Part shown: one piece after another, positions 27,313 through 37,057 of the stretch
How positions within the stretch are numbered: the stretch's first letter is position 1
Layout: each line of letters opens with the position of its first letter
Assembly: GCA_035280265.1 (NCBI GenBank)
Contig: DATEGE010000194.1
Coordinates: 486 to 64,485 of the forward strand
Origin: Gemmatimonadales bacterium
GTDB taxonomy: Bacteria; Gemmatimonadota; Gemmatimonadetes; Gemmatimonadales; GWC2-71-9
DNA: 64,000 nt
Direction of reading: 5' to 3'
The notes under the pieces: model-generated
What the model was told of the DNA's origin: nothing
Database searches by the model: none
The model's input: only the letters and a program-made list of their open reading frames with translations
Program-made: the position numbers and the translations under genes

Positions 27313-28836
27313 TCAGTGCAGCTGGCGCACCGCGTCGATGGTATCGGCCTGGTCGGGCCCCTTGTCGGGGCGGTAGCGCACCACGCGTGCGAAGCGCAGG
27401 GCCACTCCACCCCCGTACTGCGAGCTCGCCTGGACTCCGTTGAATGCGACCTCCACCACGAGCTCGGGCCGCACGTGTACGACGTACGCGTCGCGGTGAG
27501 TCTCGCGCGCGAGCAGCTCCGCGGTCTGCCACTCGAGCATCTCATCGGTCATGCCCTTGAACGTCTTGCCCAGCATGACGAACCCCCCGGCGCTCGGATC
27601 GCGAGCGCCGAGATGGAGGTTCGAGAGCCAGCCATGACGGCGGCCGTGCCCCCACTCGGCGGCGAGCACGACGAGATCGAGCGTGTTGGCCGGCTTCACC
27701 TTGAGCCATGCCGCGCCGCGCGCGCCGGCATCGTATGAGGCGGTGAGCGACTTCGCCATCAGCCCCTCATGGCCCGCGGCAATAGCCTGGGCGAAAAACG
27801 CTGCCGCCGCAGTCGCGTCCGCGGTCACCAGCCGCGGTACGCGGTGCCGCTCGTGCACCGCGGCGGCCAGTGTCGTGAATCGCTGGGCATACGGCTGATC
27901 TAAGAGCGCCGCACCGTCGGCGTACAGTATGTCGAAGAAGAAAGCCGTGAGCGGCAGCTCGGCTTGCAGCTTGGCGACGTCGAGCTTGCGGCCGAACCGG
28001 CGCATCGTCAGCTGGAAGGGCAGCGGCGCCCCGTCGGGCCGGAGCGCGATCGCTTCGCCGTCCAGGATGACTTCGTCGAGCGGCACACCGCGAACCGCGG
28101 CGACGACCTCGGGAACCGCGGGCGTGACGTCGTTCAGAAGACGCGAGTAGACTCGCACCAGATCTCCCTTTTTGTGGGCCTGGATGCGTGCGCCGTCGAG
28201 CTTGTATTCGAACGCCGCCTCACCGAGTCGGTTGAGCGCGTCCGCCACGTTGGACGCCGCCTGTGCGAGCATGGGTTGCAGCGGGCGAAACAGCTCGATG
28301 CGAAAGGCGGCGAGGCCGGCCGCGCCCCGCGTGAGGGCGGCATGCGCCACGCGACCGAGATCGCCGGCCAGCATCGCGGCGTGGCGCACCGCGTCCGCGT
28401 CGACGGTGGCCGCCCGCGCCACGGCCTCGGCCATGAGGCCCTCGAGCGCTCCCTGTCGCAGCTCACCGACGCCAAGCCGAACGAGGAATTCCTGCTCCTC
28501 GGCGGTCGCCCGGCCGAACAGCTCACTCAAGAGCCTTCGCTTGACGTCGGCAGACCCCTTACCGCCGGTGGCGGCGAGGCGCTCGAGCAGCGCGTCAACT
28601 GCCGCGAGGGTGAGAGTCGGAGCCGACGCCGTTCCTGCCGAGCGGGCGGCGTGCAGGGTGGCGTATCCGATCCCGATCCGCCCTTGGCGGGGCGTACCGG
28701 AAAGGAACGCGATGGCGGTCTCGATCTCCTGGGGATCGGCGCGCCGCAGCAGCACCGCGAGCTGCTCGATTTTGGCGAGCCGGCCGCGCGTGGCCGCCAC
28801 CTCGCGCGAGGTCTGGACCAAATCGCCGAGCAGCAC
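27313..28836 (-). CDS. ATP-dependent DNA ligase (three-domain Lig1/LigB type)
   Basis: Adenylation motif [11 protein letters not shown] (KxDG), with an N-terminal DNA-binding domain and a C-terminal OB domain. Confidence 0.85.
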   Translation of the reverse strand: MLLGDLVQTSREVAATRGRLAKIEQLAVLLRRADPQEIETAIAFLSGTPRQGRIGIGYATLHAARSAGTASAPTLTLAAVDALLERLAATGGKGSADVKRRLLSELFGRATAEEQEFLVRLGVGELRQGALEGLMAEAVARAATVDADAVRHAAMLAGDLGRVAHAALTRGAAGLAAFRIELFRPLQPMLAQAASNVADALNRLGEAAFEYKLDGARIQAHKKGDLVRVYSRLLNDVTPAVPEVVAAVRGVPLDEVILDGEAIALRPDGAPLPFQLTMRRFGRKLDVAKLQAELPLTAFFFDILYADGAALLDQPYAQRFTTLAAAVHERHRVPRLVTADATAAAAFFAQAIAAGHEGLMAKSLTASYDAGARGAAWLKVKPANTLDLVVLAAEWGHGRRHGWLSNLHLGARDPSAGGFVMLGKTFKGMTDEMLEWQTAELLARETHRDAYVVHVRPELVVEVAFNGVQASSQYGGGVALRFARVVRYRPDKGPDQADTIDAVRQLH

Positions 28837-28842
28837 GGCGGA

Positions 28843-29121
28843 TCAGAGAACGACGTCGCCTCCGGGATCGGTGCGGCGCAACCGCTCCAGGCGCTCCCGC
28901 GCTTGCCGCAACCGCCGTGCCCGCTCGGGATCGTCGATCGTGGCGGTCGACCACTCCGGCTCACCGCTCGCCGTCAGCCGCACGCGCAGCACCATGCCCG
29001 CCGCCAGCGCCACCGGAAGCGCGCGGCCCGGGATATCCCGGGCGGCGCCGTCGTCGGCCACGAGAACGGCGATCTCGCCCTCCCGCCGATCGACGGTGTA
29101 AAACACCTCGCGCGCGCGCAT
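28843..29121 (-). CDS. DUF3006-like small protein
   Basis: The pattern VDRREGEIAVLVADDG....IP...LP resembles DUF3006. Located 6 nt upstream of the ligase gene. Confidence 0.5.
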   Translation of the reverse strand: MRAREVFYTVDRREGEIAVLVADDGAARDIPGRALPVALAAGMVLRVRLTASGEPEWSTATIDDPERARRLRQARERLERLRRTDPGGDVVL

Positions 29122-29134
29122 GGCTACCGTGAAG

Positions 29135-29578
29135 TTAGCGCGGCGCGCCCCGCGCTGCTGCGAGCTTCGCTTGTTGCTCGGCCGAAAGGGTGTTCTTGAT
29201 CTGGATCAAGAGAGAAATGTGGAGGCGCTTCACCTCTCGCTCCACGCTCAACACCGTGTCAACCTGCGCGAGCGCCGCAGCCTGATCCACCGCCGGCTTG
29301 TCGAGCAGCGCCGCCAGCCGTTGCGATTGCTCCTGCATCCGCCACTGCAGGTCCACGACTTTCCCCTGGAAGTCCTGAATCGCCTTCGTGATCGCGCTGC
29401 GCTGCTCGGGGCGGAGCGCGATGTCCTGTTGGTGCTGCATCACGAGCTCGGGGGGAAAGAGCACCCGCGCGAAGGGATCGTCGGGCGGTTGCGGGGGAGG
29501 CCCCTGTTGCGCGCTCAGGTGGGCGATGGGGACGAGCAGGATGACGGACATACCCAGGCACCAGCAGAGCTTCTTCAC
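29135..29578 (-). CDS. periplasmic Spy/CpxP-family (LTxxQ) protein
   Basis: Signal peptide, a helical Gln-rich sequence, and an LSAEQQAKL motif. Confidence 0.6.
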   Translation of the reverse strand: MKKLCWCLGMSVILLVPIAHLSAQQGPPPQPPDDPFARVLFPPELVMQHQQDIALRPEQRSAITKAIQDFQGKVVDLQWRMQEQSQRLAALLDKPAVDQAAALAQVDTVLSVEREVKRLHISLLIQIKNTLSAEQQAKLAAARGAPR

Positions 29579-29916
29579 AGGATCCTCCGATCGATGGTCA
29601 GCCGGCCGAACCGCGGCATGCTGCGCAGCAGTTCGTCACCGGGGAGCGAGAGCAGGAAATCCGTAGGGGCATGCCACCGGACCGTGGCGAGATCGATTGC
29701 CACGCCCCCGCCCGGCGGGCCGCGTCGCGCAAGCATCAAGACGAGTACTACGCTCACGCCCACCGCCGCCGCCAGCCGCAGCCGGCGGGGGTGGATCGCG
29801 GGGCGCCGTCGCGCCTCCGCTCCGGCGAGTGTCGCCTGGAACGAGGGCGCGCCGACCGTGGCGTCCCGCCGTAGCGCGCCAAAGCGTCCCTTCAGGTCGG
29901 CGTCGTTCTCCATCAT
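29575..29916 (-). CDS. putative anti-sigma factor (single-pass membrane)
   Basis: 113 aa with a central TM helix (AAAVGVSVVLVLML). Overlaps both neighbouring genes by 4 nt and sits directly downstream of the ECF sigma gene. Confidence 0.55.
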   Translation of the reverse strand: MMENDADLKGRFGALRRDATVGAPSFQATLAGAEARRRPAIHPRRLRLAAAVGVSVVLVLMLARRGPPGGGVAIDLATVRWHAPTDFLLSLPGDELLRSMPRFGRLTIDRRIL

Positions 29917-30425
29917 GCCTCGTCTTCCAGCAGCTCCCTGAGCGCGGCCTTGCCACGCGCGTAGTGGGTGCGGGCGGTGCCGAGCGAAACGCCCATCACA
30001 TCCGCGGCCTGCGCGATCGACAGGTCCTCGTAGAACACGAGGTGCAGCACCTGACGCTGTCGCGGCGGCAGCCGCGCCAGCGCCCGCAACAGTCGCGCCG
30101 CTTCATCGTCGCGGGCGAGCGCCGTCGCTGGATCAGGCCGGCCATCCGTTACTTCCGGACCAAGCAACAGCGCGGCGAGCGGAAGCCACCTCCGTAGCGT
30201 CGCCTGGCGCCGCGCTTCCCGCGCCGTCCGCGCGATCACGCCGAACAGGAACGTTCGGAAGCTCGAGCGTCCGTCGAACCGCGCCCGGCCATCGAGCAGC
30301 TTCAGGTAGCTCGCCTGGAGCACGTCTTCGGCGGCTGTGCGCTCCCAGCCGCAGCAGCTCAGCGCCCAGCCGAACGCGGCGGAGTGCAGCCGCTCGAGCT
30401 CTGGCGCGTGGTCGGCGGGGGACAT
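29913..30425 (-). CDS. ECF-type RNA polymerase sigma factor
   Basis: Sigma-70 region 2 (DVLQASYLKL...FRTFLFGVIART) and region 4 (LPPRQRQVLHLVFYEDLSIAQAADVMGVSLGTARTHYARGK). Confidence 0.85.
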   Translation of the reverse strand: MSPADHAPELERLHSAAFGWALSCCGWERTAAEDVLQASYLKLLDGRARFDGRSSFRTFLFGVIARTAREARRQATLRRWLPLAALLLGPEVTDGRPDPATALARDDEAARLLRALARLPPRQRQVLHLVFYEDLSIAQAADVMGVSLGTARTHYARGKAALRELLEDEA

Positions 30426-30469
30426 GGGACCGGGCTCGCTCTCGACTGATGAGTGTCGCCGGAGAGCCG

Positions 30470-30498
30470 ATTATATGACCGGCTGGGTCAGCGTTCGA
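30470..30498 (-). promoter_or_regulatory. sigma-70-like promoter candidate for the ECF sigma operon
   Basis: Minus strand TCGAAC-N17-TATAAT. The -10 element ends about 45 nt upstream of ATG 30425. Confidence 0.35.
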
Positions 30499-31003
30499 GC
30501 GGCAGCAGCGCTCCCTCGTGCTCGAGCAGCCAGCGCTTGCGGTCGAGACCGCCGCCGAACCCCGTCAGCTCCCCGCGTGCGCCCACCACGCGGTGGCACG
30601 GCACGATGATCGGGATCGGGTTCCTGGCGTTGGCGGCTCCCACGGCACGAGTCGCTCGCTCGTCGCCCAGGCGGCGGGCCAGGTCGCTGTAGCTCAGTGT
30701 GGATCCGTAGGGAATCGAGCGCAGAGCGTCCCACACGTGGCGCTGAAACGCCGTGCCGATGGCATCGAGCGGCAGGTCGAAGGTGGTACGAGTGCCGGCG
30801 AAATACTCGGCCAACTGTCGCCGGGTGCGATCCAGCAACGCTCCGGCGGGCCCACGATCTTGGTCCTCCTCGCAGTCCGACTCCGCTATGGGAGGCGGCC
30901 CATGACGGGAGCTGGGGAAGTACACCGCACGCAGCCGTGAGCCCGCAGCTTCGAGGATCAGGTCCCCGAGCGGGCTCGCGACGCGGGTGACTGTGCGGGG
31001 CAT
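30488..31003 (-). CDS. ogt: methylated-DNA--protein-cysteine methyltransferase
   Basis: Active-site motif IPCHRVV, preceded by the typical YSDLARRLG...AVGAANARNP segment. Confidence 0.85.
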   Translation of the reverse strand: MPRTVTRVASPLGDLILEAAGSRLRAVYFPSSRHGPPPIAESDCEEDQDRGPAGALLDRTRRQLAEYFAGTRTTFDLPLDAIGTAFQRHVWDALRSIPYGSTLSYSDLARRLGDERATRAVGAANARNPIPIIVPCHRVVGARGELTGFGGGLDRKRWLLEHEGALLPLER

Positions 31004-31019
31004 GAGTCGGCACCCAACG

Positions 31020-32096
31020 CTAGGTCAGATCGTGCTTGCGTCGTTTATCGCGGTAGAGCGCACGATCGGCCCGTTCGAGCAGGCCCGCGACGGAGGTCAG
31101 GGTGCTCGCCTTGTGCGCCGCGAAGCCGAGGCTGATGGAGAGTTGGTAGGGTCGGTCGGCGCGGCGGTTGAAGTCGCGCACCTGCCGCTTCAGGCGCTCC
31201 GTGAGAATCGCCGCGCTCTCGGGCCCTGCGTTGCGCACCAGGACGGCGTACTCGTCGCCGCCGATCCTGGCGACGAGGTCGGAATCGCGAAACGTGTGAC
31301 GCAACACGGTGGCCGTGTCGCGCAGCGCGCGATCGCCCACCGAGTGTCCCGAGGTGTCGTTCACGCGCTTCAGGTCGTCCAGGTCGGCGAATGCCACGAG
31401 GAGCGTCTCGTCGCCGCGGCCCGCGAGCCGGAGGTCGCGCGTTGCCAGGGTCAAGAAACCGCGCCGATTGTACAGGCCGGTCAGCTCGTCCACGAGCGCC
31501 ATGTCCAACAGCGCGGCATGCAGTCGATTGCGCTCGATTGCGTGGCGCAGGGCGCGCGCGAGCGAGGCACCGTCGAGACGGCTGGTCACGAGCACGTCCT
31601 GGGCGCCCGCGCGCACGGCTTCCAGGCCATGACGCTCGTCGTCCGCATCGGAAAGGAACAGGAACGGCACGCCGGGCGCGAGGGCCCGGAGCTCGTTGAA
31701 CGTGTCGAAGCCGCGGCGGGCCGAGAGCGCGACGGCGAGGAGCACGACGTCCACGCCGCCCCGCGCTACCCGGTCGAGTGACGCTTGGGGCGCGGCCGTG
31801 GTCACGACGAAGCCCTCCAGGGCGGCGCCACCCAGCAACTCCCGCACGCGACCCGCCACGGCCTCCTGCTCGGCTACCACCAGCACCACCACCTTGCTGC
31901 CGTGCGTGGTGTCGGCGTGGCGTCGCGCCGCCAGCTGGCGACGATCGGGCGGCAACCGGCGGTCCGCCCGCTCGCGGCGATCTTCGTCGAGCGAGATCAG
32001 CTCCAGCCGGCGCTCGCCCGCTCGCCGCTCCAAACCCGTGCGGCGCCGCGGCGCTAACCGCCGCTCGGCCGAATGGTGCTGCTCGCGTGCGACCAC
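31020..32096 (-). CDS. GGDEF diguanylate cyclase with degenerate receiver domain
   Basis: C-terminal GGDEF domain (RIGGDEYAVL, preceded by the I-site RDSD). The receiver-like domain has Ala at the expected phospho-acceptor position (VVLLAVAL) and AE in place of the N-terminal DD. The N-terminal ~65 aa is rich in (D/E)RR repeats. Confidence 0.8.
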   Translation of the reverse strand: MVAREQHHSAERRLAPRRRTGLERRAGERRLELISLDEDRRERADRRLPPDRRQLAARRHADTTHGSKVVVLVVAEQEAVAGRVRELLGGAALEGFVVTTAAPQASLDRVARGGVDVVLLAVALSARRGFDTFNELRALAPGVPFLFLSDADDERHGLEAVRAGAQDVLVTSRLDGASLARALRHAIERNRLHAALLDMALVDELTGLYNRRGFLTLATRDLRLAGRGDETLLVAFADLDDLKRVNDTSGHSVGDRALRDTATVLRHTFRDSDLVARIGGDEYAVLVRNAGPESAAILTERLKRQVRDFNRRADRPYQLSISLGFAAHKASTLTSVAGLLERADRALYRDKRRKHDLT

Positions 32097-32154
32097 GCTC
32101 GACGCTCCTCTCGCCCGGCACTTGGAAGATGCGAGGGCGCTGACCGCTACACAA

Positions 32155-34080
32155 TCACGGGGACACCGTCACCCGGGCCTGCGCCGCGCCGATAGGCCAG
32201 CGCGGAGTGTAGGAGCGCCCCTGCACCGTTTCGTCGAACCCGCGCTCCGAGCGGGACATCGTGGCGAACGGGAAGGACCACACATCAGTGGGTCGCGGTT
32301 CCAGATCGAGCACCAGGTCGCGCGCGACGGAGATCTCAGGGCAGAACAAGGCGTCCGCCGGGAACGCCGCCGGGTCCCAGCGGTATTGCACCGTGAGCTG
32401 ACCGGACGGCGCGAACCGGATGCGCTTTTCGAGGCCGGCGGCGCGCAGCACCAACTCCACAGACTCCCTTCCGGCGTTGACAGTTACGTCGAAGCGATCG
32501 CACCACGATGCCAGCACCGGAAATGTGCCGCTCTGGTAGGCCTCGACAGTCACGGCGCCCGCGAGCACACGATCCACGAACAGCGCGCGATTCCCTTGAT
32601 CGATCGGCGGCAGCCGGTCCAGGCGGCTCAGCTGCTCGAGGTCGTGAATGCTGGGCGTCCTCTCGCTAGCGTGCCCGGAAGACGCCGCAGGGGGCGGGGA
32701 GGGCAGAGGGGGCGGTTCATGATACACTTCGCGCCGGCGCGTGAGCACGTCACCGAAGTTCACGCCCGACTCGAACACCGTCCACTCTTCGATCACGCCG
32801 CCGCGCCGCGGGCTCACGAGCGCGGAGAAACGCGCGGAGTGAATCCAGATCTCGGGCGCTCCGTCGCAATCGAGATCCAGCTGCTCCACGACGAGTGGCT
32901 CACCGCGGCGGAGCTCCCGCTCCGCCAAGGCCAGATTGGACCAAATCGCGGCCCGCAGGTGCGGTAGATACAAGCCGCCGAAGACCCCATGCCAGTAGGC
33001 GTCGTTGCACTGGGCTCGTCCGATGGCCGTCCGCGCGGCCGGCGGATCGCCCCGCTCCCGACACAGCGTCGAGAGCGCCACCATCTTTTTGTGCATCCGA
33101 TTCGCCTCGGGGTACTTCACGAGGAAGTTTCGCCAGTGCCCACCGCGCACCAGGGCCCCGTCCGGTCCCGCGAGCCGCGTCTCTCCCAGGTCTCGCTCCA
33201 GGGTCCGCAATCGCCCCGCGGCAAGTGGCGGTAGCGCCCACGCCTCCATCTCGCGATACGACGCGGTGGGGAGGTACGCGAGGCCGCCGCTCGGCACGTC
33301 GTTGAGCGCCGCGCCCGGAGTGGTGATGACGACTTCGCCGCCCTTCACCAGTGCCGCCATGACGTCGAAGAACTGCTCCAGCCACCCGCTCCCGTACACC
33401 CATTCCTTCGTCCCGGGCCAGCCGCCGAATTTCTCGCCGTCGTCGATGAGCACCGCGAGACGGTGACCCGCCGCCCGCAGCTCGCGCAGGTACGTGGCGA
33501 TCGAGTCCGGCGGCATGAACGGCACGAGGTAGCGCAGCCGCTCGTCGATCGAGAACAGCGCCACACGCTTGCCGCCGCTCTCCGTCCAGAATGGCGCGTC
33601 CAGCTGCTCCCGCTCGAAGCCGCTCACGAGAAAGTGGCGGTCGTCGACCAGCGCATAGCGGACGCCGGCGTCGGCCAGATCCGCGGCCAGGTCCGGCTCC
33701 CACACCCGCTCGGTGAGCCATAATCCCGTCGCCTCCACCCCGAAGCGGCGCCGGATCGCCTCGCGCATCCGGTCGATTTGGTAGAGCCGATCGGCCCGCG
33801 GTAACGAGGCGAGCACCGGCTCGTAGAACCCCGCCAGCAACAGCTCGACCTGACCGTCGGTCGCCAGCTCGCCGATCCAGTCGAGGTATGCGCCGTCGTG
33901 CCCCTCCAGCCATTCGAGCAACGGTCCCGAGATGTGCACCGTCACGGGCAGGAAGTGACGCGCCGTCAGCCGCTCCAGCAGGGGGCGATAGACGTCGCGC
34001 AGGTGCTCCTCGAACACGTGGTCGAAGTTGCCCACCGGTTGGTGGAAATGCGCGCCGAACACGAAGCGCAGCGGCTCCAT
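32155..34080 (-). CDS. GH57-family alpha-amylase/4-alpha-glucanotransferase-like protein
   Basis: The N-terminus FVFGAHFHQPVGNF is typical of GH57, with a long C-terminal extension. Confidence 0.75.
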   Translation of the reverse strand: MEPLRFVFGAHFHQPVGNFDHVFEEHLRDVYRPLLERLTARHFLPVTVHISGPLLEWLEGHDGAYLDWIGELATDGQVELLLAGFYEPVLASLPRADRLYQIDRMREAIRRRFGVEATGLWLTERVWEPDLAADLADAGVRYALVDDRHFLVSGFEREQLDAPFWTESGGKRVALFSIDERLRYLVPFMPPDSIATYLRELRAAGHRLAVLIDDGEKFGGWPGTKEWVYGSGWLEQFFDVMAALVKGGEVVITTPGAALNDVPSGGLAYLPTASYREMEAWALPPLAAGRLRTLERDLGETRLAGPDGALVRGGHWRNFLVKYPEANRMHKKMVALSTLCRERGDPPAARTAIGRAQCNDAYWHGVFGGLYLPHLRAAIWSNLALAERELRRGEPLVVEQLDLDCDGAPEIWIHSARFSALVSPRRGGVIEEWTVFESGVNFGDVLTRRREVYHEPPPLPSPPPAASSGHASERTPSIHDLEQLSRLDRLPPIDQGNRALFVDRVLAGAVTVEAYQSGTFPVLASWCDRFDVTVNAGRESVELVLRAAGLEKRIRFAPSGQLTVQYRWDPAAFPADALFCPEISVARDLVLDLEPRPTDVWSFPFATMSRSERGFDETVQGRSYTPRWPIGAAQARVTVSP

Positions 34081-35375
34081 CAGTCGTGAACCTTGACCTG
34101 CTCGAGGTAGAGCTCGCGCCCCGAAGGCACCGTGGGATCGTTGCTGGGGGCCAAGGCGAGGCGCTCGAGCAGGCCCGCTTCGAGGCGCGTCGATTCAGGC
34201 GGGCCGGCGAGCTCGATCGCTCGCGCCGCGGAGCGCAGCACGATCACCGACTCCAGCCCGGCGATGTCGTCGAAGAACCAGCCGCACGACGTGAACATTC
34301 GCAGCGCGTGTCGCTCCATCTCGAGCAGCCGATCCCCTTCCTCCGGCGTGCCGAGGACCGCGCCGTACGCGTCGCGCGCGGCCCAGGGATCGCCGAACCG
34401 CGGCCGGCCCTCCCGCTCGAACACGGCATGCAGCTCGCCGGCCAGCCACTCGAGCGCGGCGCGGAGCGGCGCACGCCACCGCTGGTGCATGCCCCGCTCC
34501 GGCGCGACGCGACAGCCGCACTCCGCCCGCCAACGCTCCACGCCGTGAGGGCAGCTCCAGGCGCTGGGCGTCACGAGCCGGATCTGGTCTTCCGGTTGGT
34601 TCCGCTCGAGGAAAGCGGCGAAGTTCTCAACCCGCACGTCGTCATGCCTGGCGAGCGTCTCCAGCACACGGGTCAGGGTCACCACCCCTTCCTTATGATG
34701 GTGGCCGAACGTCTCGCCGTCCGTCGCCATCGCGACCAGGTCCTGCGGAGCGGCAACCAGTCGCGCGACCCACGCGGCGGGGTCGCGAACCAGCGGCCCG
34801 AACGCTACGTCGTGAGAGAGCGGGCCGTCGTACAGGAACACTGCGATGCGGCGGCCATCGGCGGCGCGGTAGCAGCCGGGTCGACCGCCCGCGGGCACGC
34901 GCTCCACCTGGTGGGGCGCGAGGATCGTGAAGCGGATGCCTTCGGCGGCGAGCACTTCCAGTGTCTCGCGGTCGACCGCGGTTTCGGGCAGCCACATGCC
35001 TTCCGGCTCGCGCCCGAAGCGACGCCGGAAGTCGGCCACCCCCCAACGCACTTCGGTGACTTTGTCGCGGCGGGGGCTGAGGGGCAGGATCACGTGATGG
35101 TACGGCATGGCGATCGCCCCGCGCTGTCGATCGGCGGCGATCACCGCCCGGTATGTGTCGGGCGCCGCGCGCTCCATCCAACCGAGCAGCGTGGGACCGA
35201 AGTCGAAGCTCAACGAAGCGAGCGAGCCCGATATGGGACCGTAGCACTCCCGCTCGATGCGCTCGTTCCAGTCGTGAAACGGGGCCGCGTTCGGCTCGAC
35301 GGGAATGGCGCCGGTCCAGGGGTCGTCGCGGGGCGGCTGGTAGAAGTGACCGTGGATCACGACGGATCGCATCAA
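34080..35375 (-). CDS. GH57-family protein (DUF3536-type)
   Basis: N-terminus VVIHGHFYQPPRDDPW...HDWNERI. The stop shares one nt with the downstream start. Confidence 0.7.
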   Translation of the reverse strand: MMRSVVIHGHFYQPPRDDPWTGAIPVEPNAAPFHDWNERIERECYGPISGSLASLSFDFGPTLLGWMERAAPDTYRAVIAADRQRGAIAMPYHHVILPLSPRRDKVTEVRWGVADFRRRFGREPEGMWLPETAVDRETLEVLAAEGIRFTILAPHQVERVPAGGRPGCYRAADGRRIAVFLYDGPLSHDVAFGPLVRDPAAWVARLVAAPQDLVAMATDGETFGHHHKEGVVTLTRVLETLARHDDVRVENFAAFLERNQPEDQIRLVTPSAWSCPHGVERWRAECGCRVAPERGMHQRWRAPLRAALEWLAGELHAVFEREGRPRFGDPWAARDAYGAVLGTPEEGDRLLEMERHALRMFTSCGWFFDDIAGLESVIVLRSAARAIELAGPPESTRLEAGLLERLALAPSNDPTVPSGRELYLEQVKVHD

Positions 35376-37057
35376 CCGCCGAGAGCCTCCGCCACTTGGG
35401 CGAGCACGTTGGGAAACAAGTCGTCCCGGCGCGCCAGCTCGTCGGCGACCCGCCGCGCGTCGTCCAGCCGCGCCTGGTCCCCCGCGACGCCGCGCTTGAG
35501 CGCGACGATCAGCCGCTCCGCGTCGTCACCATGCAGCGTGAAGCGGCGCTCCGCGTAGTCGACCACCGCGCCGGTCGAGATGATGAATTGCCAATCGGAG
35601 GCCTGGGCCAACAGCAGCTCGCGCGCCGCCTGCGCCAGCACCGGTCGCGCCGCCTCGGCCTTGAGCGCGGCGGGCGCGACATCCCAAAACCCCTCCTCCA
35701 GGCTCCGCAGGCGCGTCCACGTCCAGGCGGTCCGATCGTTCAGCCACATGCTGTGGTCGCCGTTTGCGCCCCAGGAACCTTCCGCCAGCTGCAACGCCGT
35801 GCGGGGCGCATGCGCTTTGAGATGCTCGCCCGCGGTCACCGCCCGGACGGTCGAGCCGCCTCTGAGCGTCCGGTACATCGCGGCCAGGAAGTCCGCGCCC
35901 TCGAACCACCAGTGCCCGAACAGCTCGGTATCGAACGGGGCCACGATGACGCCGGCGCCGTCGGCGCGCTGCTCCTGAGCGATGTTCCCGAGGAGATGCG
36001 CGAAGTGGGAGGCGTGATTCCCGGCCCGGGCGAACGCGGCGGCCGGCTCGTACGGGCGCTTCGCTCCAAGGTCGACGTTGGGACCGCTCACGCGCCACAG
36101 CTTCAGACCACCGGGCCAGCGAATCTTGTGGAACTCGAGGTACGACTCGTCGCCCGGATAGCCCTGATGACGGCTCCAGATCTGCATGGAGGAGCGCGGG
36201 TCGCGTACCAAGGCGGCGACAACCGGCGTTCCCCGCAGGCTCCGAGAGACGCGGTACGCGCGGTACGGCGAGCGCGCCCTGGCCCGACCGCCCGGCGTCG
36301 TTGGGTGAGGCTCGTCGTGCCGCTCCGCGTCGAACCGCTCGGTACCGAGGGGAATGTCCCCGTAGGCGCCGAGGGGGCTGCCCGCCCGAGCGAGATGCGC
36401 GTCGGTGAAGAAGTAGCGGAACCCCGCGTCCGCGAGGTACTCCTCGATGCCACGCCGCTTCCCGCGGCGCGGCCGATAGGCGCATTCCGGGAGCCAGCAC
36501 CCTACGGGGGCGACGCCGAACAGGCGGCGGTGCTCCTCCCGTCCCACCGCCAGCTGCAGCCGGATGCTCTCGTCGCGGGTGAGCAGCGGCAGGTAACCGT
36601 GCGTGGCCGCGGATCCGATGATCTCCAGCCGACCGCGCTGCTGCAGCCGGCGAAACGCGGCAATCAAATCTCCGTCGATCTTGCGGAACAGGGCCTGGAG
36701 TCGAGTGAACCGCGCCCTCCAGAAGTCGACGAGCGGCAGCAACCCTTGATCCCCGGTGGTGGCGAGCGAGACCGGAGCTTCGTCGCAAGCGGTGAGGCGC
36801 TGGGCGAAGAACGCCTCCATCTCTCGTGTGAAGGTCGGGCTCGCCAGCTGATTGGCGAGCACCGGCGTGAAGCCGATCGTCACCGGGGCCGGCGTTCCCT
36901 CGGTGGACAACGCCTCGAGCTGCTCGAGCAGCGGGAGGTACGTGTCCAAGGCGGCCTCGCATAGCCAGTCGCTGCCGTGCGGCCAGCGGCCGTGGTTCAG
37001 GACGTACGGAAGGTGACTATGGAGCGCGAGGACGAACTCCATTGCCTGGCCGGTCAA
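35372..37057 (-). CDS. GH57-type 1,4-alpha-glucan branching enzyme
   Basis: N-terminus FVLALHSHLPYVLNHGRWPHG...WL, followed by a DUF1957-like C-terminal part. 4-nt overlaps on both sides. Confidence 0.7.
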   Translation of the reverse strand: MTGQAMEFVLALHSHLPYVLNHGRWPHGSDWLCEAALDTYLPLLEQLEALSTEGTPAPVTIGFTPVLANQLASPTFTREMEAFFAQRLTACDEAPVSLATTGDQGLLPLVDFWRARFTRLQALFRKIDGDLIAAFRRLQQRGRLEIIGSAATHGYLPLLTRDESIRLQLAVGREEHRRLFGVAPVGCWLPECAYRPRRGKRRGIEEYLADAGFRYFFTDAHLARAGSPLGAYGDIPLGTERFDAERHDEPHPTTPGGRARARSPYRAYRVSRSLRGTPVVAALVRDPRSSMQIWSRHQGYPGDESYLEFHKIRWPGGLKLWRVSGPNVDLGAKRPYEPAAAFARAGNHASHFAHLLGNIAQEQRADGAGVIVAPFDTELFGHWWFEGADFLAAMYRTLRGGSTVRAVTAGEHLKAHAPRTALQLAEGSWGANGDHSMWLNDRTAWTWTRLRSLEEGFWDVAPAALKAEAARPVLAQAARELLLAQASDWQFIISTGAVVDYAERRFTLHGDDAERLIVALKRGVAGDQARLDDARRVADELARRDDLFPNVLAQVAEALGG

